From positions 506,492 to 570,491 of the forward strand of contig NW_027192208.1 of NCBI RefSeq assembly GCF_041956535.1: a DNA stretch of 64,000 bases, written 5' to 3'. The stretch comes from Calcarisporiella thermophila CBS 279.70 (lineage: Eukaryota > Fungi > Calcarisporiellomycota). How positions within the stretch are numbered: position 1 is the first letter of the stretch; each line of letters starts with the position of its first letter. The notes below the pieces were generated by a model. That model did not search any database and was not told the DNA's origin. It worked only from the letters and a program-made list of their open reading frames with translations. This document shows positions 1 to 13,861 of this stretch, in pieces. A program made the translations under genes and the position numbers.

Positions 1-1000
1 AGAAGATTATGCTATCTGCGAAGAAGGTGCCAAAGAGATGCTGGCGAGTGTTTCAGGCTTGATTTACGATGAAAATTCCGAGTATGTACAATGGGCACGC
101 ACAGTATGCGCAAATCTTGCACGAGTGATTGATAAAGATTTGCGCCCAGGTGTGAACGAACCGATCACTGTTCCATCTGAATTTGAGGTGTTTGTAATCG
201 ATGACAGATCTACATTCAATGCATATGCACTTGGATCGTCCAACAAGATCTTCCTTTACACTCCAATGCTTGAACTCATTGACCACGATGATGATATACT
301 TGCGTCAGTACTCTCTCACGAGATGGCACATATTGTACAGCGACATCATATTGAATCACAGGCGGTTGCATCGATATTGCTGATGATAGAAGACATTGTT
401 CGCGGTGCGACATGGTACATTATTGATGCATTGGGGCCCTTTATAAATGATTTTTTCAAAAATATAATGGATGGGCTCATTGAGATATCCACTTCGACTA
501 CTTACAATCGTCGACTTGAAAAGGAAGCAGATTTAATTGGACTTGAATGGATGGCACGTGCTGGCTATAATCCAGAGAAAGCAGTGGTATTCTGGGAGCG
601 AATGCGAGAACTAGAGCTGTTAGTAGAGAATGAGAATATGGAGGGAGAGAAACAAAGTGGGCAAATTGTTTTAAGAGAGGGAAAGCGAACCTCTCAGAAA
701 ATACCTGGCGAAAATAACGAAAACGAAGATGAAAGGCAAATTAGTCGATCATTTGCACAAACTGTCGACGACTGGTTTGGTGCAAGCCATCCGTCTACAG
801 AGGAACGTATAATGTATTTAAGTGCTCAAATGGAGCATGCGTTGGTGACGTACCATACAGCACTTAAGCAGAATGGTCCTCCAAAAAGATTTTTTGAGAC
901 AATCAAGTTGCCTGAACATAATGTTAGTGAATCGACGATTGCATACTTACAATCATGGATTAAGAATACTTTCTTTAGTAAAAAATCGTCTTCTACTTAA
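1..1000 (+). CDS. OMA1: Peptidase M48 family metalloendopeptidase, OMA1-like (3' part; gene begins before the window)
   Basis: The frame is open from base 2. It has the HEMAH zinc motif in 'LASVLSHEMAH', then 'RRLEKEADLIGLEWMARAGYNP' and the C-terminal 'SHPSTEERI', all typical of M48/Oma1. Confidence 0.88.
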   Translation, partial: EDYAICEEGAKEMLASVSGLIYDENSEYVQWARTVCANLARVIDKDLRPGVNEPITVPSEFEVFVIDDRSTFNAYALGSSNKIFLYTPMLELIDHDDDILASVLSHEMAHIVQRHHIESQAVASILLMIEDIVRGATWYIIDALGPFINDFFKNIMDGLIEISTSTTYNRRLEKEADLIGLEWMARAGYNPEKAVVFWERMRELELLVENENMEGEKQSGQIVLREGKRTSQKIPGENNENEDERQISRSFAQTVDDWFGASHPSTEERIMYLSAQMEHALVTYHTALKQNGPPKRFFETIKLPEHNVSESTIAYLQSWIKNTFFSKKSSST

Positions 1001-1681
1001 AATTTCTTAATACTAGTGAAAAATAATTTATCTCAAATCTCTGCGATTATCTGCCGGAAATTTTGACCGGGCTTGGGTTATATCCTAGGATGCATGCAAA
1101 TTTGATATGTCTGCGATAGAGGATTAAGATATCAACATGGATTTCATACATATCTTAATTATCATTGATCTTAGCGGCTTAATAATTTACGACATGTTCC
1201 AATGAAATATTGGGCATCAGTTATTGTGATTTCGACATCTATATATTTTGTATCAGACACGTTTCCAAGGGCTGGCATGTTTTTACTCTGTTTTCTCAAT
1301 ATGCTGACATATACTGTGTCATAATTCATCTGTAAGCTTTTGAAGTTTCACGTTTGAAAGAATGAAAGAATGTTTTCGCATGTTTGCGATAAATATTTTA
1401 GATTTTTAAATCAAAATAGTTTTCCAATAGGTATGGAAAAAACATATCATGATATGAAATGATATAAAGAACCTAATAAACCATCCATGTAGATAATTTG
1501 AAATGTTGTCTAAAAGCAGTGGGCATATTTTCATATTATATACCTATGATTCTGCTAGTATAATGTACACCTTGCCCAAGCTCAATTTCACCAGAATCAG
1601 TGAATTAATGAAGTTCAATTTGAAGAGGTTGAAGGGCGCCCAATTAAATTTTCGAACAAAACGACTCCCATATGTTCTATA

Positions 1682-2844
1682 ATGAAGGAATATTTTTCGC
1701 GTCTCCTACGTCTTCTTCCGCGTAAAGACTCTAATCAAATATATGACATATTTTCTTCACTTCCTCCTGATATATCTTCCGCTGCTATTATCAATTACCG
1801 AGACGAGCACGGGGACACTCTTGTTCACCATGCAGCACGACACCATAATATTAAAGCATTGCGTTTATTTTTGGAGCTCGGAGGAGATGCACAGGCTGTG
1901 AATAATCATGGTCGACATCCAATCCACGAAGCGATTGACAGCCGAGAATGTGTGCAAGAATTAGCCAAAGTGTGTGATGTTAATTGTATGAAGCGAGGAG
2001 ATTGGACACCTGCGATGACTGCTGGTATTTTGATACTATACTGATAATTTCACTTTATTTTGTGTAAATATTAAATAGATTATTTTAAGCGATGAAAGGA
2101 AGGCTTGATATCGTTGAGCTACTGATTTCATTTGGTGCTGATGTTAATCGCGTGAACAGAGACGGGTGGAATTGTTTACATCTTGCTATAAAAGAGGGTC
2201 ATCGTGATATCGCCGAATATCTTCTTCGAATATCACCCGAATGCTGGAAGCGTAAGACGCGGAGCGGAAGGCTCCCAATACAAACAGCTGCATTATGCGG
2301 ATACACAGAAATAGTAAGATCAATTCTTTGTCTTGTAAAAGAAAAGGATCGTAGAATGCTTCTCGAAGAAGCTGATAATAGCGGTATGGGACTTTTGCAT
2401 GTTGCAGTTGCGGGAGGAGATCTGGTATTGGTTAAAGAATTAATCGAACGATATGAATTAAACGTGGATATCCAAGATAATACAGGACGACAACCTGTAC
2501 ATATTGCAGCACTCACTGATCAGCCAAAAATGATTGTCTTATTAATGGAGCATGGTGCTAAGCTTGACGCCCGCGACCAGTGGGATCAATCGTCTCCACT
2601 CCATTTGGCAGCACGAGAGGGCCACATAGAGACAGTTCAAGTACTACTACAGCTAGGAGTGGATAGTTTTGCAAAAGATAAATTTGGAAGAACAGCGTTG
2701 GACTTAGGTATTGAAAATATTTTTATAAATTGTCACCAAAATATTGTATTCACCTCTTCTTTATCTTCATTTAACTCTAGCTCGTTCATGGCACCGTGAT
2801 GCTATTTCTGAATTGCTCTCACCCGTTATCGAGTTTACGACTTG
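1682..2844 (+). CDS. Ankyrin-repeat protein, ANKRD16-like (3 exons)
   Basis: Multiple ankyrin repeats (GDTLVHHAA, GWNCLHLA, GRQPVHIAA, SPLHLAAREGH). 'MKRGDWTPAMTA' resembles ANKRD16. GT-AG introns at about 2025-2089 and 2708-2780 join the ORFs. Confidence 0.8.
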
Positions 2845-2980
2845 ATCCCAATAAAAACTTGATATAGTTGATGAATTTTAGACAACTATTATAAGACAGG
2901 TTTATTTTATACATAAGAGAATGGCCATTATGTAGATTTTTGGAAAAGATTCCTAAAATTTTAACGATTCTCTACTCTGT

Positions 2981-4378
2981 TTATTCCGCTGTTACGCTTG
3001 GCTCGCTTGAATGTAGCGTCACTTCAAGGCGGGTCAGTTTTTCTGCGTTCTCTCTATTTCGGCGGTTCCAGTGTTTATTCTTAAATTTATCAAAATTTAG
3101 CGTTCGACTACTATCAAGAAATCACTACTCAAACTTACTGTAGCGCGCTTCTTGCGTAATTGGAACCTGTCGTATATTTGAGAGTAAAGTAGTCCTTCAC
3201 CTTGGCGCATAACAAACACTTTGTGAGAATTGTCAAACTTGGAAAGTTTAAGTGTATAGTCGCGTGCCCAATGAAATTGCAATTGTAATTGCTAGCAATT
3301 CAATAATAAGGAATTAGACGAGTATAAAAATTGGTAGGTAATAACGATGTATACTTCATTCGATTCTTCAGATTGAGTCGAGTTTCTTTTTCGCTTTAAT
3401 TTTCGAGCGCTTTCTTCATCTGGGATATAGTAGTAAACTAATCGGTCCAAAGAATCTTTCTCACCAGAAGGCATCATAACGCTAAATCGCGCTTTACTGG
3501 TATCACTCACTCCCTCTCCATTGACATTAGAATTGTTTGGTTGAGCTTGACATGGGTCTTCATCAAACACGATTAGCGAAAAATTAGAATCAAAGGTGCT
3601 GAAATCAGGAAGTACAGGGACAGCATCGATAGCTTTGAGTTTCGGATTTGTGGGATGCTTGAGCTTCTCAAGCAGATTGGCGTCGTTTGCCGCATTGAAG
3701 GTATTCTCAATCGTTTTTATTTGACCCTCTCGAGAGATATCAAAGTCTGTTCGATGTTTCTTGGCGGAGAGGCCGAATCTGTAGGCATAGATATTACTCC
3801 CTCGGAGAATCATAAAATAGAACTGATTTTGCTTACTGAGATTCAACACTCTGAGTCTTAGTTCCTTTAGAAACTTCCTCCGCAAAATATTCTGTTCTTC
3901 TTAGCCAGGCAACCATGGGTTTGTTCTTAGGAGTAGCAGCCGTTCCCCGCGTATGTTTTTTCACGTTTGTTAATAAAAACTCATCTTCGGAATCAAGAGT
4001 TTTTGCTGGACGAGTTTCTCCTAAAAAGTTGTCATCGATTTAACAAAATTATCTCATTAATTGAGTAAAAAAAAAAACACCTCTAGCCTCAGTCTCATAA
4101 TCGTTGATTATACCCCCCTCAAGCGGCATCCCTAGATCTTGCTCTACCATTAAGTTATAAGGGGTCTTTTCAATAAGGCTAGTGCTCTCATAGCGACTGT
4201 AACGTGTAATATCAGGATGATATTTGAGAAGTTTTGGAGAGAAGGGAAGGGAGGGTAAAAGATTTCGATAGCGCACTCGGCATACAAATTCAGAACTATA
4301 GGTTAAAGTGTAGTTAGTCGTGCAAGCTATTCTAATATAAGAGACATCACACTTAAATGCCTACCGATTTGACGACAT
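2981..4378 (-). CDS. PAF1: RNA polymerase II-associated factor Paf1 (multi-exon)
   Basis: 'FVCRVRYRNLLPSLPFSPKLL', 'WLPKNRIF'-region exon, and 'QIKTIENTF...KHPTNPKLKAIDAVPVLPDF' match Paf1. ATG at 4378; last exon ends TAA at 2981. Confidence 0.85.
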
Positions 4379-4519
4379 TATTGTATTGGGTTAAAGGAAT
4401 ATTATCAGTGGATTTTTTATAAGTTTTGTGGCGCAATCGCTATCGAAATTTAAATCCAATTTCAATTTTATTCATAATTTTATAGGTTGAGTATTCACAT
4501 AAAGCTTTTTGAATTGTAT

Positions 4520-5734
4520 CTATGCGAGTGTCTTTGCGTCGACTTTAATGGCTCTTTCCTTAACTTTTAGAATATCCGAAAATATTCCAAATGCTGTTAC
4601 TGCAGCTCCGGCTCCAGCCCCTTGAATGATGAGCCCATTGGGGAAACGCTGTGTCGTAAACTTAATGATATTATCCGACCCTTTTAGAGAGGCAAAGGGA
4701 TGAGACGCAGGATAACGGCCTAGTTTTACACCTGAATCTTTCCCTAAACAGTCTACTACTCCCACATAACGAAGCACTTCATTCTGCGCGAGAGCGTGTG
4801 CATTCATTTCGCTAAATTGATTATCGTACTCGGGCAATTTAGTCATAAATTCATTAACAGACGAGACATTACGCAAGGCTTCGGGTACAATATTTTCTAC
4901 GGAGAGTGTTTCAAGAGACAACTTCACCCCAGCAACGCGCCCACAGATGATAACCTAGGAGAAAGTATTTGTTGTGAAAAATAAGTTGATAAAGCAAAGA
5001 ATATAGGGCTAACCTTTCGAGCAACATCGAGTCCATTCAAATCATCGCGTGGATCTGGCTCCTAATAAATCAAAAATGCCAAAGACATATTAAAGGGATA
5101 AGACAACATTTGATTAAATGAATCTAAAAAAATATCAAACCGTATATCCAAGTTCCTTCGCGGTCTTTACTATTTCTGAGAATTTGCGTTCTTCTGCCAC
5201 AGAAAGACTCGAAAACTCATTAAACAGATAGCTTAGTGTCCCCGAAAAAATGCCCTCAATTCGTGTCACACGATCACCCGTTTTCACGAGATCGAGCAAT
5301 GTATTAATTACTGGCAATCCGGCTCCTACGGTCGATTCATGATAAACCAGGCCGCGGTTATTTGGATTGTAAATTTCATTAAAAAGGGAAAGCTCGCCCG
5401 AGAAACCCTTCTTATTTGGCGTAACTACGTGAATACCCTGTTGGAGCCAGCTTGGATATCTCTCAGCCACTGACTGTTCGGACGTGCAGTCAATCACAAT
5501 CGATGGGTCCGTTTGACTCGATAGAAACCGATTAAGCTCGGCGAAATCTAGACTAGTAGGGGTCTCGGCGAGATCCTTACGCCATTGAGAGAGATTAATC
5601 GAGTTATCGAGCAACATGCGCTTGGAAGAAGCAAGGCAGACAACACGCAATGCATGATAGATCCCATGGGACTGCAATTGGCTTATCAATTCTGAACCTA
5701 CAAGGCCCACTCCGATAATAGCAATGTTAATCAT
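4520..5734 (-). CDS. HOM6: Homoserine dehydrogenase
   Basis: Rossmann motif 'IAIIGVGLVG', 'HVVTPNKK', 'YHESTVGAGLP', 'GIFSGTLSY', a small exon 'EPDPRDDLNGLDVARK', and 'GAGAGAAVTA'. Confidence 0.95.
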
Positions 5735-6128
5735 TTTTAAATAATACAATTAGCAACTACTTTTTTCGTGTGTAAGGTGATTTTAACTACGCCACTGCTC
5801 CATTTATCGAAATTTGATATTATGAGATGCATTTAATGCATATCAACTAATATTTTCTCATTATTACTCAATCCTTTGTAAGAAGACTATTTTCAAAATT
5901 GTTAAAATATAGAGCATAATAATAAAAGAGTAAAAATTATAAAATATAATAATGAAGATAGCATAATATATAATAAAGATATTATTATAAAAAGATAAAA
6001 TTAGAAAAATGACTACTGCTTCGCACGAAAATAAAAAAACCAAGAAATTCAATAAAATCTCAATATTAAAATACTCCAAAACGAATTCATTCATGAATAT
6101 TTATGAAAAGAATAAAATATGTTTTAGT

Positions 6129-7896
6129 TTAGGCTGTATTCTTTTCATCTTCTTCCCTAATCGTCATTTTTTGCTGAGCTAGTGAAGCAAGCTCAGAGTC
6201 TTCCGGAGACTCTAGGGAAGTGTTTTGGTAGCTTTGAGGATCTTGCGGACGTATAGAGCCGTGCGTGTAGCTGGGAATCTGCCCGTAATAGCCCATGGGT
6301 ATGTTGCTCGAAGTACCAATGCTAAGGATAGTTTCGGGGGTCAAAGGCTGAGTCATCACTCGCTACTCAAAACAAATTTGTTAATATATTGTTATATAAA
6401 GTGGGCACTAATATAATACCCCAAATCCAACCCCATATTGCGGGGTTTTCCACATTCGCCTTTTAACCACTTGGTCTTTCAGCTTTTTCTGAGCAGTAGA
6501 ATCGGCAAAACGAGCCTGTAGAGGAGCGGACGAGCCTTGAAATGTGATTCCATTGAATTTCTGGATTATAGCTTCGGCTGATTGTCGATCAACCATTCTT
6601 AAATATAGGTTTAATAAATAATTGTTTAATAGAATATATAATATACAGTTACCGGGCAAAGCCGACCCCTCGACTAACATTCGTTGCAGGATCGCGCATA
6701 ATTTTTGTGGAGGTTGTCTTGTAGGGGAGAAGCAATTGCTCCAATTTCTATATAAGGATTTATATATAAAATTGAACTCAATAGCTCGGTTCAAAACATT
6801 AAATATATTTACCGCTTCGTCCATATCAACGGGTAAATTGGAGAGATATACATTGGTGGAGGAATGGTCCTGCAGACTTTTCAACCGTATACTGAAAGAA
6901 TCCTGGTGTTGAAATGTCAGTTACCAAAAAATATTAATCTCAGTTGATGTATATAATGTTCACCCTTGCAAACGAAACTTGAAATCCCATCTGTGACAAA
7001 GCTTCTATTGCATGTTCCGCTTCCTCTTTAGTCTCATACATCACGAATCCAAATCCTTTACAATCGCCTGTCTGCTGATCGATCATCGCTTTAGAGGACG
7101 AAATCGTACCATAACTGCAAAGTGGTGAGTGTACTCCAAATAACCCATATCCAAAAATAATGCACACTTACACTGCGCACATCGAATAGAGGTTCTCGTC
7201 AGTCATAGTGGGGGGGAGCCCGCGAATATAAATATTATTCAAGATTTGGGGAGAAAACCCAGAAAAGTTTAATCCTGGTGTACGCTGTCCAAGAGGTTGA
7301 TTTATGTGTACAGAATGATGCGGGAATTGGATTGTGTGGCGACGATTGCTAGGTAGATTCCACATTGGATGATGCTGCGGTGGAGAAAGGGGAGGAGAGC
7401 CAAGATAACGTGCCTGTTGTGGGGGAGAAGAGGGTGCTGATGATACCTGGAAGGAGGATGGGGTTGGCATATTTGGCTGATATGCCTGAGGATATCCAAA
7501 TGGCTGTAATGAGGGGGAATGCATCACTGGCCCTGTTGGGGGGGTTTGTGGAGCTGATTGCGCATAATAGACAGGTGTAGGACTTCCAGGCGAGTAGTAT
7601 GCTGCACCTTGTGGAGTAAATGTGGGTGATTGAGGTGGAAGCGGTGAATTTATCGATCCATATGCTGGTGCAGCAGCAGCAGCAAAATAAGGAGCAGGAT
7701 ACTGTTGGAAAAGACCATAATTATATGCTATTTGATAAGTGGATGGATCATTAGGATCATATCCCGCCGCCAATGCAGTCTGATAGGCTTCCGATACACT
7801 CTGGGACTGTTCGCCTTCCTTTTCATCTGTCGTGACATCAGTTGGGATTGATTTTTCCTTTACATCTTGACTGATATCATTGCCGAGTCGCTTCAT
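6129..7896 (-). CDS. RRM RNA-binding protein, RBMS/MSSP-like (two RRMs, Pro/Gln/Tyr-rich N-terminus; multi-exon)
   Basis: 'NIYIRGLPP', 'YGTISSSKAMIDQQTGDCKGFGFVMY', 'STNVYLSNLP' and 'LQARFADSTAQKKLK' in successive exons. Confidence 0.82.
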
Positions 7897-8530
7897 TTTG
7901 GTCTTCTGGTAGAGGAGAGAATAAAAAATATTGAATATATCACGGCGACTCTGAAGGTGCTTGGCGACTATCAATAATTGAGAATTAGCAAATTAATACA
8001 AAAAATCAATGTATCTTATGAAAATTATGATTGCAAAAAATGGAAAATGACTATATATCCTATTTACATTTAAAATAGATCGTAACGCTCTAATAATTAA
8101 CTAGAGTGCCATGCAAGATTTAGCACGCGAAAACTATACTTTTGTAGAATAATTACGCGAATAAAAAGAAAATGTATTGAATTTTCACGAAATCAATTTG
8201 GTTTAAAAACGATTAGTATTACCTCTTAAGAGAAATGATGTATTCTCTCAATATTTATATCGTAAGGTGGAAAAGAAAAGGTATGTGCGGAATGAGGTAT
8301 AACGCGGTATTACGAAATAAAAGAGAACGTACGAGATGTACGTGATTTTATAAAAGAAAGATATTTCTTTAGGTAGCAAGAGTGAAACTGAAAAATCTTC
8401 GACGATTTCACCGTTGCGATTTTTAACCAAATTATTAATGCAATTGAATTTACACTTCTCTGTTTGTTTGCAGAAATCTCTTAACCAAAAAAAAAACAAT
8501 TACATCCATCGCTACGCAATTTTCATTTTG

Positions 8531-8809
8531 ATGCCACGATCTATTTCCTCGCAGTCTCTGGCTATTCCACATCTTCCCTCCCTGCATCTTTATCGCCGTG
8601 CCTTACGTATCATTCATAATTTTCCAGTTGTATATCTTCGTCAAAAACTCATGCTGAACACGCGTGATTTGTTCGAGCTACATCGCACCGAACGCGATCC
8701 CAAACGAGTAGAAAGATGGATTCGATGGGGAGAACAAGATTTACAATTTATCAAGTCATGGCAGGACGTCGACGAAGAATCACTGAAGAAAATATTTAAA
8801 GGAATTTAA
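8531..8809 (+). CDS. LYR-motif (Complex1_LYR) small mitochondrial protein
   Basis: 'LHLYRRALR...NTRDLFELHRTERDPKRV' is the LYR family pattern; 92 aa from the ATG at 8531. Confidence 0.75.
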   Translation: MPRSISSQSLAIPHLPSLHLYRRALRIIHNFPVVYLRQKLMLNTRDLFELHRTERDPKRVERWIRWGEQDLQFIKSWQDVDEESLKKIFKGI

Positions 8810-9111
8810 GGATGAATTTAAGGATTTTGCACTTGTACAGTAGATTGTAATCATTATATTATCGGCACACGATGTCAGAACCACTGTAAAATGTTAACAC
8901 AATAGATCTCCAAACTTAAAAAGTTGATCAGTATATGGATATTTTTGCTCACTCCTCAAATATTTATATGGGCCTTCTAAAACGCTACTTCAATATTGGA
9001 AGGTTACAAGGTGTATGAAAAAAGTTTGCTAAGCCACAGTCGAGCCTATAATGATAATTCTTTTGTGAAAAAGGTCTCCTTCCTCCGCTTTTTTTACAGA
9101 TAAATTTCAAA

Positions 9112-12100
9112 ATGAAACAAGCGGTTCGATTTACCGTTCCGCACACACCCTGTGATGGGGATGACGGTGAGGTGCAACATGCGGAAAAAGAGATGCAATC
9201 TTCCCCAAAGCAAAATTCAAAAAGGGATGCTGAGGGGCGACGATCGATTTTCGGCAAGACATTTTATGTACATGGCGCGACTGAAGATAAATCAGAACTA
9301 GAAGAATTTATCAGATCATTAGGAGGAATTATTACAGGCTCTCTGCGAGAAAATGTAAGTTGTGCTATTTTTTTCATCTTAGCTTGATCCGATGAGTGAC
9401 GGTATAATTTCTTCCAATATTTCATAGACAAATTATTTCGTCGCAACCAAGAAGTCATCTGAAGAATTGACTAGAGAAATGGAAATTGCTTTAGATTATA
9501 ACATTTCCATCATAGACGAGGAATATTTATGGCAAGCCGGAAAAGGGCCCACACCTTACGAGGTTGTTACGTAAGTACAGTGTTTGAATAGTTGCCCTAG
9601 CAACAATTCGACAATTTCTATTTGATCTTTTGATGCAGCATTATTATCGATCCTAAAATATTAACATAATAAATAGCGATGCTGATGGAGTGACGCGAAG
9701 AGTTTATGACAGTAGAAGCGCTGAACATAGATCACCCAGTGCTGGCCGGCGCCCACGTCCTCTCTCTTGGAATAAGCGACCTCCAAACCCTAGGCGCAAA
9801 TCTGGGCTTATACAAAATCTGCGACGCTATCCATACGACCATTCCCGTGGAACGTCTATGTACGATCCAGATTCACATTATAATGACGTGGATTCGGTTT
9901 CCGAGGTGTCTGAGCTCGATAACCTTGATGATTTTGAGGATGGCACGCCAAATGAACTTAGTGTTACTACCTCTGCGTATCCTCAAGATTATCCTCCTCC
10001 CGCTCCTCCAAGAGAAGATCTTGAGGAGCATCAACAGGAACGAATAGAGTGGCAAAACATGCTTTCTTCAGTATTAACAGGCGAGCTTGTCAGAACTGAA
10101 AAACGTCGCCTGCAAGATATGCCTACAGATCAACGCTCTCAGGCAGCAAATTTACACTACGAAATTTGGTTGGATCTGCGAGCAATGTTGCGTGCAAGGA
10201 AGACTGTCGATGAAAAGCGGATAGTGGATGCGGCTAGAAGACATATAGATCCGATACTAGAAAAAGTGCTACACTTTCGGGTACAGGATGGTGATCGTCC
10301 CGCGCTAGAGCAAGTGAAACAGCTGCTTGATCAGGTTGATAGGTTAGAGAGTCTCTATCCGTCACGTCACGCTTTTATGCAAGTGAGTGCTATTTTCGGA
10401 TGGAAAGTCTAATTTAATCCATATCTGACTGACTTTCTTATAGGACAAACCTCTCTATGGATCTGATGAATTTCAGAATAATCTCGATGCCTTGAACGCG
10501 TGGTATACATTGACCTGCAATTTACAGCAACAACTTCAAATTCTCAAAACATGGACTGGCTCTGATGACTTGAAATTTGCTGAGCCTAAAGAAGCAAATA
10601 CATCGAGCCAACATGGCCAGGGCAGTGACGGTACGCCTTCGTTCATAGAGCGCATTCTAAAAGAGAATAATTTGCAGCGTACCCTTGAAAAGCGCACTCT
10701 CTTCGCACTGAACCAATTACTACGCAAGGCTAAAGAAACGATGAAACAGATGCATCAGGCTTTCGATAAAATGAAATTGCCGCCTTTCAAGGATGAACTC
10801 CTGCAACTTATCACCTTCCCCACTGAGCTTGTAGAGGGGTCAATCAAGCTACGTCTAGGATATTCTAAACGCATTAATGAGCCTACGATGCTTATTGTCG
10901 ATCAGATGATGGAGGACTTCCGAACTTCTCTAAATCTTGGCTATCGTATTAAACGCAACTATGAAGAGCTTTTGGCACCTTCCGATGGCTGGGATTTGCC
11001 TAATTGCATCGATGAGCAGTATGACTCGGTATTGCTTAGCGCGTTACGTTACTTTTTCAAATTGCTACAGTGGAAACTCAAGGGCGAGTCGAAAGCAATT
11101 TTTTTCAAGGAAGCAGAGATCCTTGAAGAGGAATGGAATTTCTTGAGCAATGTATCGCCTCATATTGAAGGCGCTGAGCTAGAAACTGCAGAGCATTTCT
11201 GGTAATACTAGACTGAATGAATTGATTCATTAAAGAGTGTGCTCAAACCTGTTGCTTTTTCTTTATAGCTCACTAACCAACCGACTTCTTATTCGACTTG
11301 TGAATTATTATGACTTGAAATTGCGAATGCGTCCGAACGAGATTAAAGACCTCTTCAAATGGTTTTCACGGGTACTCGAAAACGTCAGATTGCGAGGAAG
11401 AAAATTGATGCGATTCACCAGGTATAAAAAATCGTGACTCTCTTCATCTCAAGATGATTACTAATGCGATTTTCTTAGAGTACTTACTTCACAGCTTGAG
11501 AACATGACGGAATTCCAGTTGAATATTTCTAATTTCAACGATTTCATCGCCTCTCTTGTTGCGTCCGATCATGTATTCGTATACACGGGCAGTCTAGAGC
11601 AAGACGGCATTTATGTTATTGCGTCGCCGGGACTTTACGAGGACGAACAGCACATTCGGCGCATGCTACGATCATGTTTTCTCAAGTACAGCGAATATGA
11701 GAAGGATGACGCCTATCTCATAGTCCTCTCCCCTAAGGAGAGCTTTGTTTGGTCGGGCTATATGATCAATGTGCCAATCGAACGCATGAACGTTGATATG
11801 AAGCCAAACCGCGTAAGGTTAATTGCTGGCACAGCAATGCACTTGCATGAGACCCGTCAACGTATTTTTGAGATCATTGGAAATCCGACCATGTTGGAGT
11901 TGGTGCACGAACAGCGCTCTCATCTCACTCGTTTGAACAGAGAGCTGAATAAAGTGAAAAAGACGCTCTTAAAATTGGTGGACGTAATCATGAACAGCAT
12001 ATGCACTCTGCGTTCCGCCACCAAAGGGTTACAAGCCCAAGATCTCTTGGAGGAATGTTTTTCGTTTGCAACGGATTTTGGACAACGGGCCGCAAAGTTC

Positions 12101-13861
12101 CTTGACCAGCCTGCTCGGCATCAGCTCAACTTAAAGCTTCTCCGACTTGCGATTGATTGGGTTGGGTTTATTTGCGACGATTGCGTGGCCACTGACCGAA
12201 AAACCTTTCGATGGGCGGTGATTGCACTTGAATATGCCATGGTGATGACACGCGGGTCAAATGTGCTAGAGCTGACAGACGAAGAGTTTGACAAGCTCCA
12301 GATTAAGGTCGCCAACTGTATGACGCTGCTTATATCGCATTTTGACGTTCTGGGATCGCGCACTTCGCAAGCGGAAATTGGGGCGCGTACAGACTTACGT
12401 GCTGAACCCCCGAGCACATCCCAGGCAATACGCGGGTTGCAGGCTGGCGGTCATGAGGAAAATGCTGTGGGCGGAGAGAACTCTATTATGTATATACGAG
12501 ATGAGTGGGTTCGGCAAATCCGAGAGCTCGATGAGCGGCGCACACGCTTCGAACAGGAGCACAAGTGGATTGGTATGATTCTGGACGATGAGCGACCAGA
12601 AGACCGTTCTTTGATGTCGCTAGCCCCTTCGGCTAGCAGCATCAGCTTCAAGTGGCAGCAAGGAAAATTTCTTGGGAGCGGGACCTTTGGCTCTGTGTTT
12701 TTGGCCATTAACGTGGATTCTGGGGCGTTGATGGCCGTTAAAGAGATTCGGTATCAGGATACGCAGCAGCTCAGTGCGTTGCACCGTAGCATCCGCGAGG
12801 AAATGCGTGTGATGCAGATGATGCATCACCCAAACATTGTGCAGTACTATGGAATGGAGTGCCATCGCAACAAAGTGCTAATCTTCATGGAGTATTGCGA
12901 AAATGGATCGCTGGCCAACCTTCTCGAACACGGGCGCATCGACGACGAGGCGTGGATAATACTTTACGCATACCAGATGCTTCTTGGGCTCGCCTATTTG
13001 CATGATAACAACATAGTCCATCGTGACATAAAGCCTGATAGTAAGAATAAAATTTGCATGGTAAAAGCTTGGTGTAAGTTGATTAAGTATATTTTTCTCG
13101 TTATTTTTTTTATCTCAGACGTTTTACTGGATCACTACGGTCGGTTGAAATTTGTGGATTTCGGCGCTGCAAAAATACTTGCCAAGAATCAGAAAACTCT
13201 TGGCCGCACGACGATGAATCCAAACGTGAATAGCCTGACCGGAACACCGATGTATATGTCTCCAGAAGGTTTGTAACCAAAAGATTCCACCAGCCAACTC
13301 AAACAATTCTAAACTTTCTCGATATTTCTAGTGATCACGGGCAGTGACAAGGGTCGCAAGGGCGCAATGGATATCTGGTCGCTGGGCTGCTGTGTTTTGG
13401 AAATGGCGACGGGCCGTCGGCCCTGGTCCAATCTCGACAACGAGTGGGCCATCATGTACCATGTCGTTACTGGTCACCCACCCCTTCCGGACCCGTCGCT
13501 CCTCTCAGAACTCGGGATGGACTTTCTTCAAAAGTGTTTTATTCGCTCGCCGCACGAGCGTCCTACCGCAAGAGAGCTCCTTGAGCACCCGTGGTTCCAG
13601 ACGATCGACATAGAGACTGCTCTAGAGCAACCTTGGACTCTGCAACAACAAACCCCACAGCAGCAGATTCCCAACCCTCTGAGCCCCTCGACGACCCTGG
13701 GCGCAACCAGCCTGGATAGCGTCATGATAAATGGACTCACCCCTCCAGCGTCGACGAGTTCGGAGCGATCCTTCAATTTCCCGGTGAAGCCTTCAGAAGG
13801 AACTCTGCCTCCGACGGCGATGGCCGATCCTCCGTCAACCTCACATAACTTGCATAGCTAA
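9112..13861 (+). CDS. SSK2: MAP kinase kinase kinase of the Ssk2/Wis4/Win1 (MEKK4) family, with an N-terminal BRCT-like domain
   Basis: Ssk2 N-domain motifs 'ERIEWQNMLSSVLTGELVRTEKRRL' and 'WVGFICDDCVATDRKTFRWAV'. Kinase domain GSGTFG, MAVKE, HRDIKPD, DFG, 'GTPMYMSPE'. About 8 exons; introns 9355-9427, 9571-9676 and 10383-10443 checked for frame. Confidence 0.93.

Noticed and set aside
5864-6094. Hydrophobic 76-aa ORF
   Set aside because: AT-rich 3' UTR / intergenic sequence of low complexity.
8802-8825. 12-bp tandem duplication GAATTTAAGGAT over the LYR stop codon
   Set aside because: Simple slippage with no coding effect.
13041-13118. Apparent 26-aa hydrophobic insertion in the Ssk2 catalytic loop
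   Set aside because: It is a stop-free 78-nt GT-AG intron; splicing restores HRDIKPDNVLL.
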